A DNA stretch of 62,661 bases, the filler included, from Sphacelaria rigidula (taxonomy: Eukaryota): assembly GCA_964200075.2 (NCBI GenBank). It is 7 parts of 7 records of this genome, joined end to end, with 100 filler letters (N's around TTAATTAATTAA, not from the genome) between each part and the next. Parts side by side here need not be neighbours in the genome. Positions count along the whole stretch, not along the records: positions 35,867 to 44,731 come from CAXNAA020009899.1; positions 44,832 to 53,696 come from CAXNAA020009900.1; 5 more parts are not named here. One strand, 5' to 3'. Both the position numbers and the translations under genes were made by a program. The notes beneath the pieces are model-generated. The model saw only the letters and a program-made list of their open reading frames with translations, had not been told where the DNA came from and made no database searches. Positions 37,692 through 50,246 of this stretch are shown piece by piece. Numbering within the stretch: position 1 is the first letter of the stretch; every line of letters begins with the position of its first letter.

Positions 37692-38897
37692 CAGGTCGAC
37701 TAGAGTATATCCGATTTTCTGTATTTTCTAAAGTCATACCCTTAGTACTCAATTTTTGAGTAGAGTATTTGAGGTCGTACTCAGTCTCAAAATTTGAGTA
37801 GAATATCTGAGGCCATACTCAATCTACTCTAAAATTGAGTAGAGTATTGAGGTCATACCCATGTTAATTCATATTCTATACTCAAGTTTTTCTGAGAGTG
37901 CTTACCCACAATTTGAGTAGAGTAAATAAGGTCATAATCTACTCAAAATTCGAGTAGAGTATTTGGGGCCGTACTCGACCTAATCAAAATTTGAGTAGAG
38001 TGTTCGAGGTCATTCTTAATCTACTCAAAATTTTAGTACCGTGGTGGAAGTCATACTCAATCTACTCAAAAATTGAGTAGAGTATTATTATAACCGTCAT
38101 GCCCAATCTACCCGAAATTTGGTAAAGTATCTGAGGTCGGACCCGATGTACCGAAAGCCTTCTGTATGACTTCGACTCTAGTATTCAAGTTCGTACGCAA
38201 GATACTCAAAACTCTCATTCCAACACATCTCGGCTGGTGTCTCGCTCCTCACTCTCATGTCGTGCCACCACCGTCGTCCGCCCTAGATTTCAAGAATGTA
38301 CTGGCATGGGTGGGGGCAGCTGAGCTGCGGCAGGTAGTTTCGTGTGCCTGCACGCTTTTTTTGTTTTTTAGGTGCCATTATTCGCTCATACACATTGTAG
38401 CCCGTGACATATCGCCACTCATTCATCGATGGCCATCGTTCGCCCATGTATTCGAGACAGTCTATGAAGTGACGTCACGAAGTAGCTGGCGGTCACGGCT
38501 ACCTATCATACCCAATGAGACTCTCTACCTCGGTACTACTGAGAGTGCTTACTCAAAATCTGAGGAGAGTATTGAAGGTCGTACTTGACCTACTCAAAAT
38601 TTGAGCAGAGTATTTGAGATCGTATTCAGTCTGCCCAAACTTTGATACGAGTATTCGAGGCCGTACTCGACCTACTCACAAACTGAGTAGAGTACTGAGG
38701 TCATGCCCAAGTGATACTCTATACTCGAGTATTACTGAGAGTGCTCACTCAATATTTGTAGAGTATTGGATGTCGTACTCGATCTACAAAAACATTTCAG
38801 ACGAGTATTTGAGGTCACACTCAGTCTACCTAAAACTAGAGTAGAGTACTCGAGGCTGTACCCGACCTACTCAAAAGTACATACTCTACTCGACCTG
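37692..38897. mobile_element. TIR element with two arrays of roughly 40-bp subterminal repeats
   Basis: TIR CAGGTCGACTAGAGTAT / ATACTCTACTCGACCTG; repeats of TACTCAAAATTTGAGTAGAGTATTTGAGGTC at about 37740-38150 and 38540-38880; no TSD found. Confidence 0.75.
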
Positions 38898-41734
38898 CAC
38901 TTTAATGTTCTGTGTGTTGGGTTGCACGAGCAAGAATTCAGAACCGATCCGCCATGCATACACTCTGCTTTTGGGTGCTTCACTCCGCATCCAGCTATTT
39001 TGTTCATCGCCTGTTCACAATGTGGCGACAGGTTCTTGGCTCGCTACTTTTCAAATTGGTTGTCTCAGGCTATTCCACATTCGGCATTGGATTTCTGTGA
39101 CAGAAAACTGTTTCGTTTTTTCAGAGTACTTTTCAAAAAACGAGCAGAACATTTCGAAAAACTGCCCAAAACGTGCCCCCAGTATATGGAGTACAGCGTA
39201 CTACACTGAACACACCACAATCCTGCAGTGTTGTTTAGAACCTGAACACGAACTGCATACCGTATGCATCAGCTAGTATGCATCAGCTTACGAACCTGGA
39301 CACGGACTGTATACAGCTTCTCTCGTTGCAAAACTCCCAGCTACTGCTGCTGTACTACTACGGAAGCACACGCCCTCGAGGTGCCACCCCACGTTTACCG
39401 TCATCGCGAACATAAGACAAGAACACGAACTGCAGCGGTCGTGGCCGCGACTTCTCTAGCTGCAAAATTAATATTGGGCAGCTGCTGCTGCTGCTGCTGC
39501 ACTGCTACGGAAGCACACGCCCTCGAGGTGCCACCCCTTGTTAACCGTCATCGCGAACCCAACAAGACACATCAACGTTACTGCAGTGAAACGTGTGCCT
39601 GAACCGACGCCACCACAATTTTGGCGTTTCTTCTTGTTAGCGAAAACTTGGGCGTCTAGCTTCGTGACAGGGTCCACCGACTGAGCTGCGTGTTGGGGTG
39701 GGCGATCGAATTGCATACGCGCTCATGCACAGTAGAGACGAACTTTTCGAAAAACTGCTCAAAACGTGACCCCATTATATGGAGTACAGAGTACTACACT
39801 GAACACAGCAATAACGTTTTCAGAACATGTTGTCAAACGAACAAGGCGCTTCCCACACCCATCGTTCATATGCTGTAGCTGTCGCTGTGCTGTCATGCAT
39901 TTGAACATTTTACGAACATGGTGTGATGTGCGCTGGAGAGTGCCTGCACAGATGTAGTGCTGCATGCGGTGTTCCGGTCTGCACAGAAGTGGGGTGAGAT
40001 CAAAATGTTGTACACTAGCTACTGTCTGTACACAAAGGTGAAACGATGAACCGATCACGTGACGACTCTGCAGCTGTCTGTTCCGTCTCCGTCCGTACTT
40101 CAGTTATAGTCGGGTGCTAGGATCGGAGAAGACACGCAAGGCGGACGCGTGCACGTTGAGGCGAACAAAGTGAGCCAGCACGGAGCTGCTTTATATCCCA
40201 AGCGTTTGACGACAGGAGCTGTCTGCCTTGATGTTCGCGTAAAAAGCGGAATTATGGCCCAGCGTTTGTAAACAGCCGTTCGGCCAAAGTCGAGCTCATC
40301 CGAAATCAGGGGAAGAACTATCGCATGGGACACGTCCTATATTACTGTGCTGCAGCACAAACATACTCATGTACTGTCTTTTGTGCTGTAGCTGTCGCTG
40401 CGCTGGAGTGTCTCCAGGCCTTTTCGAAGACGGTTTGGTCTCCGCTGGGACTGACTGCGTGAGTTGTTTCGTTACTGTCGTGGAGTTCGTCTCCTCGAAA
40501 AATCATGCTGTCAACACGTAATGCCCTTTAAACACGGTTCCTGTTGACAACTTCATGATGTGCTGACTATTTCGCCTCGAGTCGAACGAACCAGGCGCTT
40601 CCTGAACCCACCATTTATATGCTGTAGTTGTCGCTGTGATGTTGTGCATCCGAAGACTCTACGACGATCACGGTGCGATGGGCGCTCGAGAGTACCTGAA
40701 CAGTTGTAGTGCTGCATGCGGTGTTTCGGTATGCACAGAGTTGGGGTGGCACCAAATTATTTATCGCCTTTTGGAGGAATGATACTTGGTTTGGGACTGA
40801 ACACGGATAATACACTTTACAATACAACCTACTACTCTCTGTTACTCAGAGCTTACCTGGATGCTCCGCAAATATAGAGAAGATCGAAAGGAGAAACCCT
40901 CACGACTTTACACCCATCCGCACTCAAGTGCGGACAAAGTCAGTTGTTGTTGTCTTCACATTTGAAAGTATCAGTTGTACATCTTCGCTGGACTCAGCAG
41001 CAACAAACAGCGAGCGTGCATCGTTCTGCACTGAACACAGTCTAATGCAACACGACAGTGTGAAGCGATGTTGGCAACACAAGAGGGGTCAGGCAGGCGG
41101 CAAAGACAGGCCACGAGTAAAAAAGAAGTCGCTTGTGACCATGTGATTCATAATTTGTGATCAAAAGGATTCTTTTGGTCTGCAACAACTTCTGTGCAAA
41201 CCGGATACACGTCACATAAATCGCTGTCTGTGTCAAGTTATGCTCGAAATACTATTTCTTTGTGCATATGTTGCTGTGCCGACCTCAAAAGAACACCACG
41301 ACCACACCATCACCCGTTGATTCGCCGTGTTCTGGGCGTGTGCTCTGGTGCTTGCGCGAGCAGCGAGGTGATGGTTGTGGTGTGTGTTGTCGAGAGGATG
41401 GTTACACGTTACACGTCACGCCTGTTGACCAGTAGCATCTCCTATTAAAAGTCCAAACCGAGCGAAACGTAACCATCGGACTCTGCACTGACTTTGAACT
41501 TCGGGGGGAATTACAAAGTCCAAGTCCTGACCCGAATTTGGTCTTCGCAAACACCGTCACTACTGTACTCTCTGCGATTGCAGAATACAGCCTGTACTCG
41601 GACAGTGAAGGTGGACAGAGCACGCACATAGTTCTCATGGAACACAGCTACACGCATAGAGAACATGCTCAGCGGGCAGGGTGTACTTGTAACCTTGTAC
41701 TACTGCATGTTCGAATGCAGGCTGTGCTATCACA

Positions 41735-42340
41735 ATATTTGGCCAAGAACGAAACTGTGACCTACGCGAAACGCAAAGGTGCTTTGGAACGGCCTCAGCG
41801 AGTAGAGCAAGTCATTCCAAGGTGTCAACATCCGCTGAGCCCTCTCGTCGGGGCAAAAAATGACGGAGAAGAGTAAAACAAGTAGTTTTCAACAAGTTAT
41901 ATTTTTCGATACAAAATATGTTGGAAAGTGCATTTTTGGCCGTTCCTTATCATTTTTCTTCCGAAAAGAGGGCTAGGCGGATGTTGAGACCTTGGAATGA
42001 CTTGCTCCACTCGCTGAGGTCGTGCCAGGGGAACTTTCGCATCTCCCGCTGGTCGCACGTTCATTTTTTACCAAACTTGCTCTTCAATTACAGAGGTCAA
42101 GTTACCAAAACAAATGTCAGTTTCCCCCCTGTTTTTTTATCACTTGACCGTTTGTGATTGAAAATACAAGTTTGGCCAACAACGAAGCGGTGACCTGCGG
42201 AAAACGCAAAGGTGTTCTGGAACCGTTTCAGCGAGTAGAGCAAGTCATTCCAAGGTGTCAACATCCGCCTAGCCATCTTTACGAGGGGAAAACGACGGAA
42301 AAGGGCCAAACATGCCCTTTTCAACAAGTTTTATTTTTTG
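41735..42340. repeat. Cluster of three alternating arms related to the Harbinger MITE family
   Basis: GAGTAGAGCAAGTCATTCCAAGG.GTCAACATCCGC motif in +,-,+ orientation, as in 4935-5409. Confidence 0.65.
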
Positions 42341-43477
42341 ATAGACAAGTAGTCTAACAAAGGAAAAGTAAAAAATAAAATTGGAAGCGCGATGCATAGC
42401 AGAGCAACATATATATATATATATTCATATCTAGAGGGGAAGGGAAATATCACTGGGTTTTGCGACGTGAATTCAAAAACCGAAGCGGTGAGGAAGTAGT
42501 GCAGCATACATAGCGTTCCGCGTGTATCACCCAAGCGCCAGGAACTACTAGTAGCACGAGAACTTGGTGACCCTCGTGCTTTGATATCACATAGACCAGC
42601 CACCACTGACCGCTTATATCGCTTCATGCCGAGAATAAAACGAAGAACATACAACAACGCTGCGAAACGCAATTTTCATCAGATTGTCTGCGATATTCGT
42701 GTCTGCATCAAGGTGCGTGCGCTGTGCAATCATTTACTATCCTCTGTAACAGCGTCTCCACGATCATTGTAGTACGACAGTACTTTTTGACTGAGTATGA
42801 CACATGCGCACCCAGAACACTTTGTAGCATGACACACATATCGGGTGTAATGACTCGTTCAACTGGTTTCAAAACCGATCAGATAACCAGTTGTAACAGT
42901 CAACTGTAACTGGTCAGGTAAACTGGTAGCCAGTTCACTACTGTACAAAATATTGTATCGAAGCGAGGCCCAGCGCCCGAACATTTCACTGAAACGGCGG
43001 TTACTGTTCACGAGAATGATTTCGTGGCCGATAAGGATGGAACATCTGCCCTGAACCAAGCATAATAACCAAATGGCTTGAACCGCCAGAATTCTTTTTG
43101 TTACAAGGCAATCCTCGTTTTCTTGTGCCGGTAAGACTACTCAAAGCGGAAGAAAACCCTCGACAGTTATGGTCGTGGGTGTCAAGTCGTTCATCGTTTC
43201 ACGACCATGTTTTGTATACCCAGGGGGCAGCTTGGAGAATTTTTTCGAACATGTTGCGCTCCCCCCCCACCTCCGAAGGGCATTTTTTCGAACATTGTGT
43301 TTCCTTGATTTTTTTGTGTCAACTCCCTTGCAAGAAATTGGTCAATCGAGACTATTTTGCTCATCTTTCGTTAATTTTGATTCAAAAAATTGATCAACAC
43401 ACACTGAGCAACACCGGAATGTCGAGGGCTTTGCGTGTTTCGTATATGTGCTTCTACTCCTTGCCCGCTCTGTCCCG

Positions 43478-43690
43478 ATTGTAATGCGTGAGAGAGCCAC
43501 GTGCTTATTGAACCGCGTTTTAGTTCGAAACACCCCAAGATCGACGTTTTTCGAAACCAATCGGGCCAGTTTCTGCACGGACTACGCCCCTGACCCTAAG
43601 CCCGCAACACTAACCCTAACCCCTACCTAAGGGATATTCGAATTTCCATGCGATTTCTCGAAGCACGCCGTCCTCTAACGCATTTCACCG
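43478..43690. mobile_element. MITE containing degenerate CCCTAA repeats
   Basis: Ends TGTAATGCGTGAGAG / CTCTAACGCATTTCAC; reverse-orientation homologue of 56932-57138. Confidence 0.7.
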
Positions 43691-43974
43691 ATAACCTCCG
43701 ATGCGGAAGGGCATGTTTTCGAAAATTGTCCTGATTTTCTTCATTTTTCGTTGATTTGGTTGCAAGCAATTGATCAATAAACACTGACATAATCGAAAAG
43801 CCCGGTGGACTTTGCGACGTTAATTTTTTATTTGCTTTTGCTCCTTGCCCGCTCCATCCCGATGGCCTCAGGTCTTTATGCCAAGGATCTCTGTCCATGG
43901 CAGCTGACCGCATCCGCCACCGCTTCGGCAACAAACCAGGGGACATCCGGCTCGGTGTCCCCCCCCCCCTCCAT

Positions 43975-44519
43975 GCTCCGGCGAGAACCCGGCGCACTCC
44001 GTCCCGGCTTCTTAGGGGCGGACCCCCGATGGGGTTGGCGGTTGGCGATGACGCTATTGAACGCGCCACTTACTGCGTAAGCTAGGCAACCAGATTGCCG
44101 TTTTTTTGCGCGCTCGCGTTTTTTTGCGGTTATCATGAGGGTAGTCGAGCTAGATCATGTTGTGCGGCGTGAGAGAACCTCAACTCCGCACAGTGGGATG
44201 GTCGTACTACGCGGTGTTGGAATGGTGGAACACCCATGAGGCAGTATATAAGCCGTGGCTGCTTCTGGAGGTGAAGATCCGAAAAATAAAGCAACTCATC
44301 GTAGGCTGGAATCCAAATGCAAGACAATCAGTAGGCTTGGGGCCGCGAGCAATCTTAGCAGGATGCAGCTCAGCCTTCATGCGACTTGCCAAACACCCCA
44401 CGGTGCTTCGCGCTTGATTATTGAGTGCGAGCCTGGTCCGGCGAAACCCCGGCGTGCGCCGTTCCGTCATTGTAGGTATGCGAGGTCAATGGTCTCATGA
44501 CTATTGCATGCATGAGTAC
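43975..44519 (+). mobile_element. Family A retroelement, long copy
   Basis: Collinear with 58600-59150; C-runs on both flanks. Confidence 0.8.
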
Positions 44520-44731
44520 CCCCCCCCCTCATCCCCTCAACGACTAAATTTTTTCGTAAATTTACGCTGCCCCCTGGTACAGCCACGAAACATGGCACTG
44601 AGGCCGGATGTTATGGCACACTATGTTTTGGCCCACGCATTGTTCACTTTTGGGACGTTTGACCCACATTTTGACCCCCAAACAGGGAAAACCGCCAACA
44701 CACGTCTCAGACACTTTGCATCACCCCACAG

Positions 44732-44831
44732 NNNNNNNNNNNNNNNNNNNNNNNNNNNNNNNNNNNNNNNNNNNNTTAATTAATTAANNNNNNNNNNNNN
44801 NNNNNNNNNNNNNNNNNNNNNNNNNNNNNNN
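44732..44831. other. Artificial contig linker
   Basis: N44-TTAATTAATTAA-N44. Confidence 0.98.
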
Positions 44832-44899
44832 GTACTTTCTCCACGCTGTAAGCTCACAGAGTCGGTAAAATGCGCTGAAGAAGTATCTACGCGATCGAG

Positions 44900-46678
44900 G
44901 GGCATTAGGCCGACAAGAAAGTCATTGGACACCATTGCTGAAAGCGTGGAGAAAGTACTGTTTTGAGCTCGAACATCATTTCATTGATGAAGCTCATTTT
45001 GTAGAATCCTCTGTTCTTTGCTGGACAATGAGGGAGTTCCGGTGGGATGTGCGGCGGGCGCTGCTCACGTAAAGTGGTATCTATATCTTCACCCGTCGCC
45101 AGCCTCGTCGCGAGTAACATCGGTATTCCCCCGCGCCCCCCTTTCTCACCATCGTTGCCCTGTCGTCATGGTGGTAGTGGTCTGGCTGTGGAAGTCGATT
45201 GGATGATGGAGGTGAGGTGTAGTGGGGGAGATGTTCCGTGTTGGTGGTAGGCTGCGGCTGCAGTTGATGTTGGGAGGTATGGTATTGTACTGTGTGGGCG
45301 TAACCGGCGTTGTTGAAAGTATCGTCCTCATAGACAAAGTTTGCAACGGTCTCATGGTGCTGGTAGGCGGGATCAGTCTGCTGAACGGTGTTGGCTTGTG
45401 GTGGATGTTTGTGGATTTGGTGTTGTGGATGCGGGTAATGAGATTGTGGTGGTGTATGGTTGGTTGTGTGATTGGACTGTTGTTGGTGGTGGGTTGGTTG
45501 ATGTTGCTGGGAAACTGGGAGTTGCTGGACGTTGGCATGCTGCGTGTGATACTGACGAGGAAGGCAGTTGGGACAATTAAAAGGGCAACTGGTTTGGTAG
45601 GTTCTATGATTTGGTTGGTGAACCTTACCGCGGCCTGGTCCCGAATGACTCCATGGACTGTTTGGTCGCCATGGCTGCTGTCTCGGGGAATGTCATCCCC
45701 CTCGACCACTATGGCCACTGTTGATGTATTGCTGTGAGCCATGGTTGGTATGGAACTTGCGTCGATGTGGGTTAGGAGGAATGTGGTGGTTGTGGTGGTC
45801 GGGTTGGTTTTGCGGATTGTGGGATCTGCGGTTTCCCCCGTCCTGCCTTCTGCCAGGTGATTAATGGTCCCTTCCACAAATACTAGAGGCGGAAAGGGCA
45901 TGGTTGTAGGTCGTCTCCTACCTTTTTTTCAACAGCTGTGTTTCGGCATACGCATTACCTAGCTGCCGCATTACCTTATCTATGCTTATTTCTCGTACAG
46001 CTAGTAGATTCCTACGCTCGCGCTCGTACTCTGATGAAAGACATCTAGCAATATGCCTGTTCGCTTTACAGTCCGAGAGAACTACATCGAATTCTTCACG
46101 CTTTGTACGAATAAACTGGGCCCGCGAGAGAAAGTTCATTGGCAATTCACCGTCGGCCATCTGCAACGTTTGCCAGTCGTGTTCCAACTTGGCTTTCTCT
46201 GTGGTTTCTGGAATCCTGTAGTACTGAACGATATAATTCCAAGCTTGACTTGGGCCCGCAAGCATATCAATATGTCTCACCAAGGGAGGAAAGGTCACTT
46301 TATCGAGTATTATCCTCATAGCCCTTTAGGCCTTATCGACTGCTTCGTTTCCAAAACTTGCTCGTAAATTGTCCTCGTTTTCACGGTGTACCCTGATGGG
46401 GTTATCAACTAGCAAAGCGTCATAACAGTTTCATCCTTGAAATAGGCGCACATCTGGATGTTGATTATCTCGAACCTAGCTTTTTCATCCCAAGGAAGGA
46501 TGTTTTTGTTGTTGCGAATGCAATGAGAGTTGGGGGCGTGAGGGGTGTGGAACGGTGCTTGCTGTGCTGTATTAGCATGCATCACCGGTGTGTTGTTCAT
46601 TCCCTGTTGCATCCTACTCAACTGTTCAGTCAAAACTCTTACTTGCTCTTCCATTGTGGGGTGTTGGTTCTCTTCCAT
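44900..46678 (-). pseudogene. Ty1/Copia gag relic
   Basis: PSQAWNYIVQYYRIPETTEKAKLEHDWQTLQMADGELPMNFLSRAQ...ARCLSSEYE resembles Copia Gag (UBN2-type); broken by stops and frameshifts; possible LTR at about 46700-47082. Confidence 0.7.
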
Positions 46679-47329
46679 ATTAAAACCTAGTCAAATTATC
46701 AGCCTTGCTCAACCTGTACTCAAACCTGACAACCTTCATACCTCTCTCGTAAGTACTCCTCGACTCCAGCTCTGCTCTTGCTCCAACTCTCTCCGAACTC
46801 AAACCCTTCTGCACCGGCGGTGACTCTTAACGCTAGCGTAATCGACCGCTCTGATGAGGAGCAAACGTTCACAGACCTCAAGTGGGTGAACAGCAGTAAC
46901 ACCTTGGCTCACGCAAATAGTATCAGTTGAAGATGTTTCCAGAACACGTTTGTTATTTTCTCAATTCACTCTGTTCACTCTCCTAGACTCCAATCACCTT
47001 CAATCAGACAATAGCACACGCTCAATACCCCTCTCACTCCGTACCACGCACTCATAGACTCACCACATACACTGATATTAACCCCCAGAGCAAGGCAGGC
47101 AGTTGGCACCCGAACCAAGAACCAAGACGAACCAAGATGAGATGATCGATAGGGGCGATGGGAAATCTAGCTGCTCGTGCCGCACACGTGACTGTACTCG
47201 CATAACCTACGTCATTAGACATAAGTCATCTGGTTGGTTACCAAATCCTCCGCAATCACAACATACATGGTGCATGTTATTTGTGCTGCACTGTATCCTA
47301 CATCAATCTTTGTTCATGGCAGAGCGTGA

Positions 47330-47911
47330 GCACAGTCAATTCGATTTGTCCGCCTTAATAGATCCATTTATGGACTGAAACAAAGTGCCAGACAATTCTA
47401 CACACTGTTAGTGTCGAGGCTCGTAAAAATTGGTTTCGAACAGTGCCTGTCGGGTTATGCATATTGCGATTGCTAGTGGATGGTAAGTTGGTAGGAGCAG
47501 TCGTTCTGCATGTAGATGATATCATTTTTGGAGGGGCAAGCAGTGTGGGTAAGATAGTGGTGGAAGCACTAAGTAACACGCTGACAACTAAGCTTCTAGG
47601 TGATCTCACAGTATACATGCGAGTGGGGTACAAGCGTGACAAGGAGAACAGGGTTATCAAGTGGTCAAAGACAAGTCACATTAGAAGCGTACTTGAACGT
47701 TTTGATATTTGCCGCTCCAGCCCTCTTCCCGCCTCTACTTCTATAAATCTCAGGTCCGTGAATGACGACAAAGGTGTCAAGGATGTGCCGTTTCGCAAAA
47801 TGGTGGGTTGTTTTATGTGGATTGCCAATCAAACCGGGCCTAATATCCCCAACGCAGTGAGAGCCGTGGCGCGACACTCGCACGACCCGAAGGAAACCCA
47901 CTGGAAGGCAG
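47330..47911 (+). pseudogene. Ty1/Copia reverse transcriptase fragment
   Basis: VVLHVDDIIFGG...LGDLTVYM...VLERF...PFRKMVGCFMWIANQTGPNIPNAVRAVAR...PKETHWKAV (RVT_2 motifs). Confidence 0.88.
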
Positions 47912-48338
47912 TGTGATCGCAGATATCAGTCGCTTACATAGAAGGCGTTCTCGATGTGCGTGATATGGGCGATATGTCGTATTCCAGCCGTACGTTAGGG
48001 ACGTTATATTCCAGTCTGGTCTTGCAGTATCGCCCCAGGCTGGTCACTCATTTAGCTACCTATCTAAGACTGATTAATAACGGAGCTATCAGCCACCACT
48101 TGGAGACATCTGGCTTGCGAGCAAGGTAAGAGCACCTCTTCTGCACGCGAAGGTGAGTCCCTGCTTGCTTTATGGTGCAGTACTAGCCGGACTCGAGGGT
48201 CTGCTACTCACGAGTTCAAGGGGTCATTCCTCTCGACTGCAATTGTTTACCATAGCCAGCCTCTGACCTCTTGTCACCCCTGGCCTAGCATGTTCTTCGA
48301 GAGTGAAACCAATATCACCACGTGATCAGACCACGACA
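47912..48338 (+). mobile_element. Putative 5' LTR inserted into the Copia RT
   Basis: Begins TGT exactly where RT homology stops, ends ACA, and is followed directly by PBS-like TGGTGACCAACCG (48339-); the partner LTR is not in the contig. Confidence 0.55.
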
Positions 48339-49405
48339 TGGTGACCAACCGCGAAGATAACCAGTACTGCTTAGTCGCATCACTGTAGAGCTGTCCTGTT
48401 TCACGTTGTGCTTGCATACAGTGTAGAGTCAGGCTTTCTGCTCAAGCTTGGAGTCGGCCAAGCACCGGCCAGTGTCTTTCGGCCAAAACCATGGTCGTGC
48501 CGTTTCGTTTCTAGAAGCAACCATCGAGCCGGCCAGATCACAGCTGTCTTGTGCTTTGATAGTTCCCACGCCAAAGTAGCACTGTAAGTATATCCTGTCG
48601 TGTACCCTCATACACGGTCCTGCGTGTCCACGGCGTGGTAATCCACGCACTCCATCGCTACGACAGAATGCTGCAGACAGCAAGCGTTCGCCTGTGCACG
48701 AGCTTGCGCTGGAAAACGAGCGAATTTTGAAAATTCTGTTCCCACGTCTCAGGGCAGTACGCATTCTTTTACAGGAAGTTTGGTTGTTACTGTACAGCAC
48801 AACAGGTGCATTGTGTACTCAGTGCTTTGTAGGCCGCAGGTGATTGCTATTGTCCCATTATTAGGAAATGAAGTGAAGTGGCCTGAGACGGTAACCGGCG
48901 AACATGCGTGCGAAGATTACACATGGCCAGCAGTTGAGGGTGAAATCCATCTGGAGGTAAGCATATGCACAGGCTGTTGATTGCGTGCGAACAGTCAGAT
49001 ATTGGGAGACCGCGCTTTGTGTGCAATGTGCGCAGTTCAGAGGTGTCTTTCATGTAACGCTCCCATCAGATAAGGTGCAGCGGTACCCACCATGCTAGCC
49101 AGGTACGTGATCGCATGGTGTTTGCACTGTACTCTGTGCTGTGGCAGCGTGTTTACACTGTGCAACTTTGTACCAAACAGGACTGCTCGAGCAGTTGTTC
49201 GGACTAGTCTGTGTGAGTCCGATTAATTTTCTGACCAACATACGGGGCTTCTATGCTGGAGTCATCCTGGCGGCGAAACATGTCCAACGCCCGGCAAATG
49301 ACGAACGGCCCCTAGTATGATTGATTGATGTGTGGCATTGTGGAAAGTCATTGCACGGGTCAACTCGTATGAATTCGCTTCCGCTCCACGCCACAACATG
49401 TCGCC

Positions 49406-49537
49406 ATTACATGGGATCGTCACAACACTACATGGGATCGGGACAACACTACATGGGATCATCACAACACTACATGGAATCATCACTACACTACATGGGA
49501 CCATCACTACACTTCAGAGGACCGTCACTACATGGGT
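49406..49537 (+). repeat. 21-bp tandem repeat (about 6 units) upstream of gag
   Basis: CTACATGGGATCATCACAACA units. Confidence 0.85.
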
Positions 49538-50246
49538 TCCTTCACGCCGGGAAATCGGGGGCAACTAGTGCCGTTGCTCGGCAGCAGTAGATACACCGAT
49601 GATATAAGTGATTATACGCGGGGCTCATGCCTTGATTTTGTATTGTCCACCCTTTCACTACTGTAGTGCTCCATCGTGTCCGGTTCCCCCCTTCGCAGTG
49701 ACCTATGGTTCTATTCTAATTATATTTTTTCTACTTTCGTTTCGTTGAGTTTTTTTCTTTGAGAATAATTTCGTGTATCCCATTTGTTTTTGGTGCAACG
49801 GCCCCTATTTACTTGATTGATGGGAGATTTGATTCGTTACGCCCGGTTATATTTTTCCGTGTTTTCCCGCTACTATCACACTACATATATCTGGGTGTGT
49901 TTTCTTTTTTTTCGCTACAGTCCTTTCGAAAACAACAACTTCCATGCGGCACGTGAACATCAGACGATCCCGCACTAACAGTACGTTCCCCCGTCCGCCC
50001 TTGCCGCTTTCGCTGTTCGATTTTGCTCGTCCCGTACGCACCTGCGCAATGCTACGACTCATATCATGGTCGTCGGTGTCGCACCGTATCGTGTCAATGA
50101 CTGGGACCTTCCTTATCGCCATCTCGCATGTGTGAACACCCATGTGTGTATTTTACCATTCTTATGATTGTTTTTCTCGCACAACTTATTCATGTTCCGC
50201 TACCTCTACCCTTAATCACATGCCGCTCTTCGACGATTGATAGAGA

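Noticed and set aside
37740-38880. CRISPR-like array of palindromic repeats
   Set aside because: Units are degenerate with no unique spacers, there are no cas genes, the context is eukaryotic, and the arrays lie within TIRs
43975-44519. Hammerhead ribozyme / Penelope pLTR in family A
   Set aside because: No CTGANGA...GAAA core with flanking stems was seen by eye; the 3' end resembles the LINE instead
45146-45901. Thr-rich and hydrophobic ORFs (251 aa, 171 aa)
   Set aside because: Off-frame readings of the low-complexity Copia gag C-terminal region
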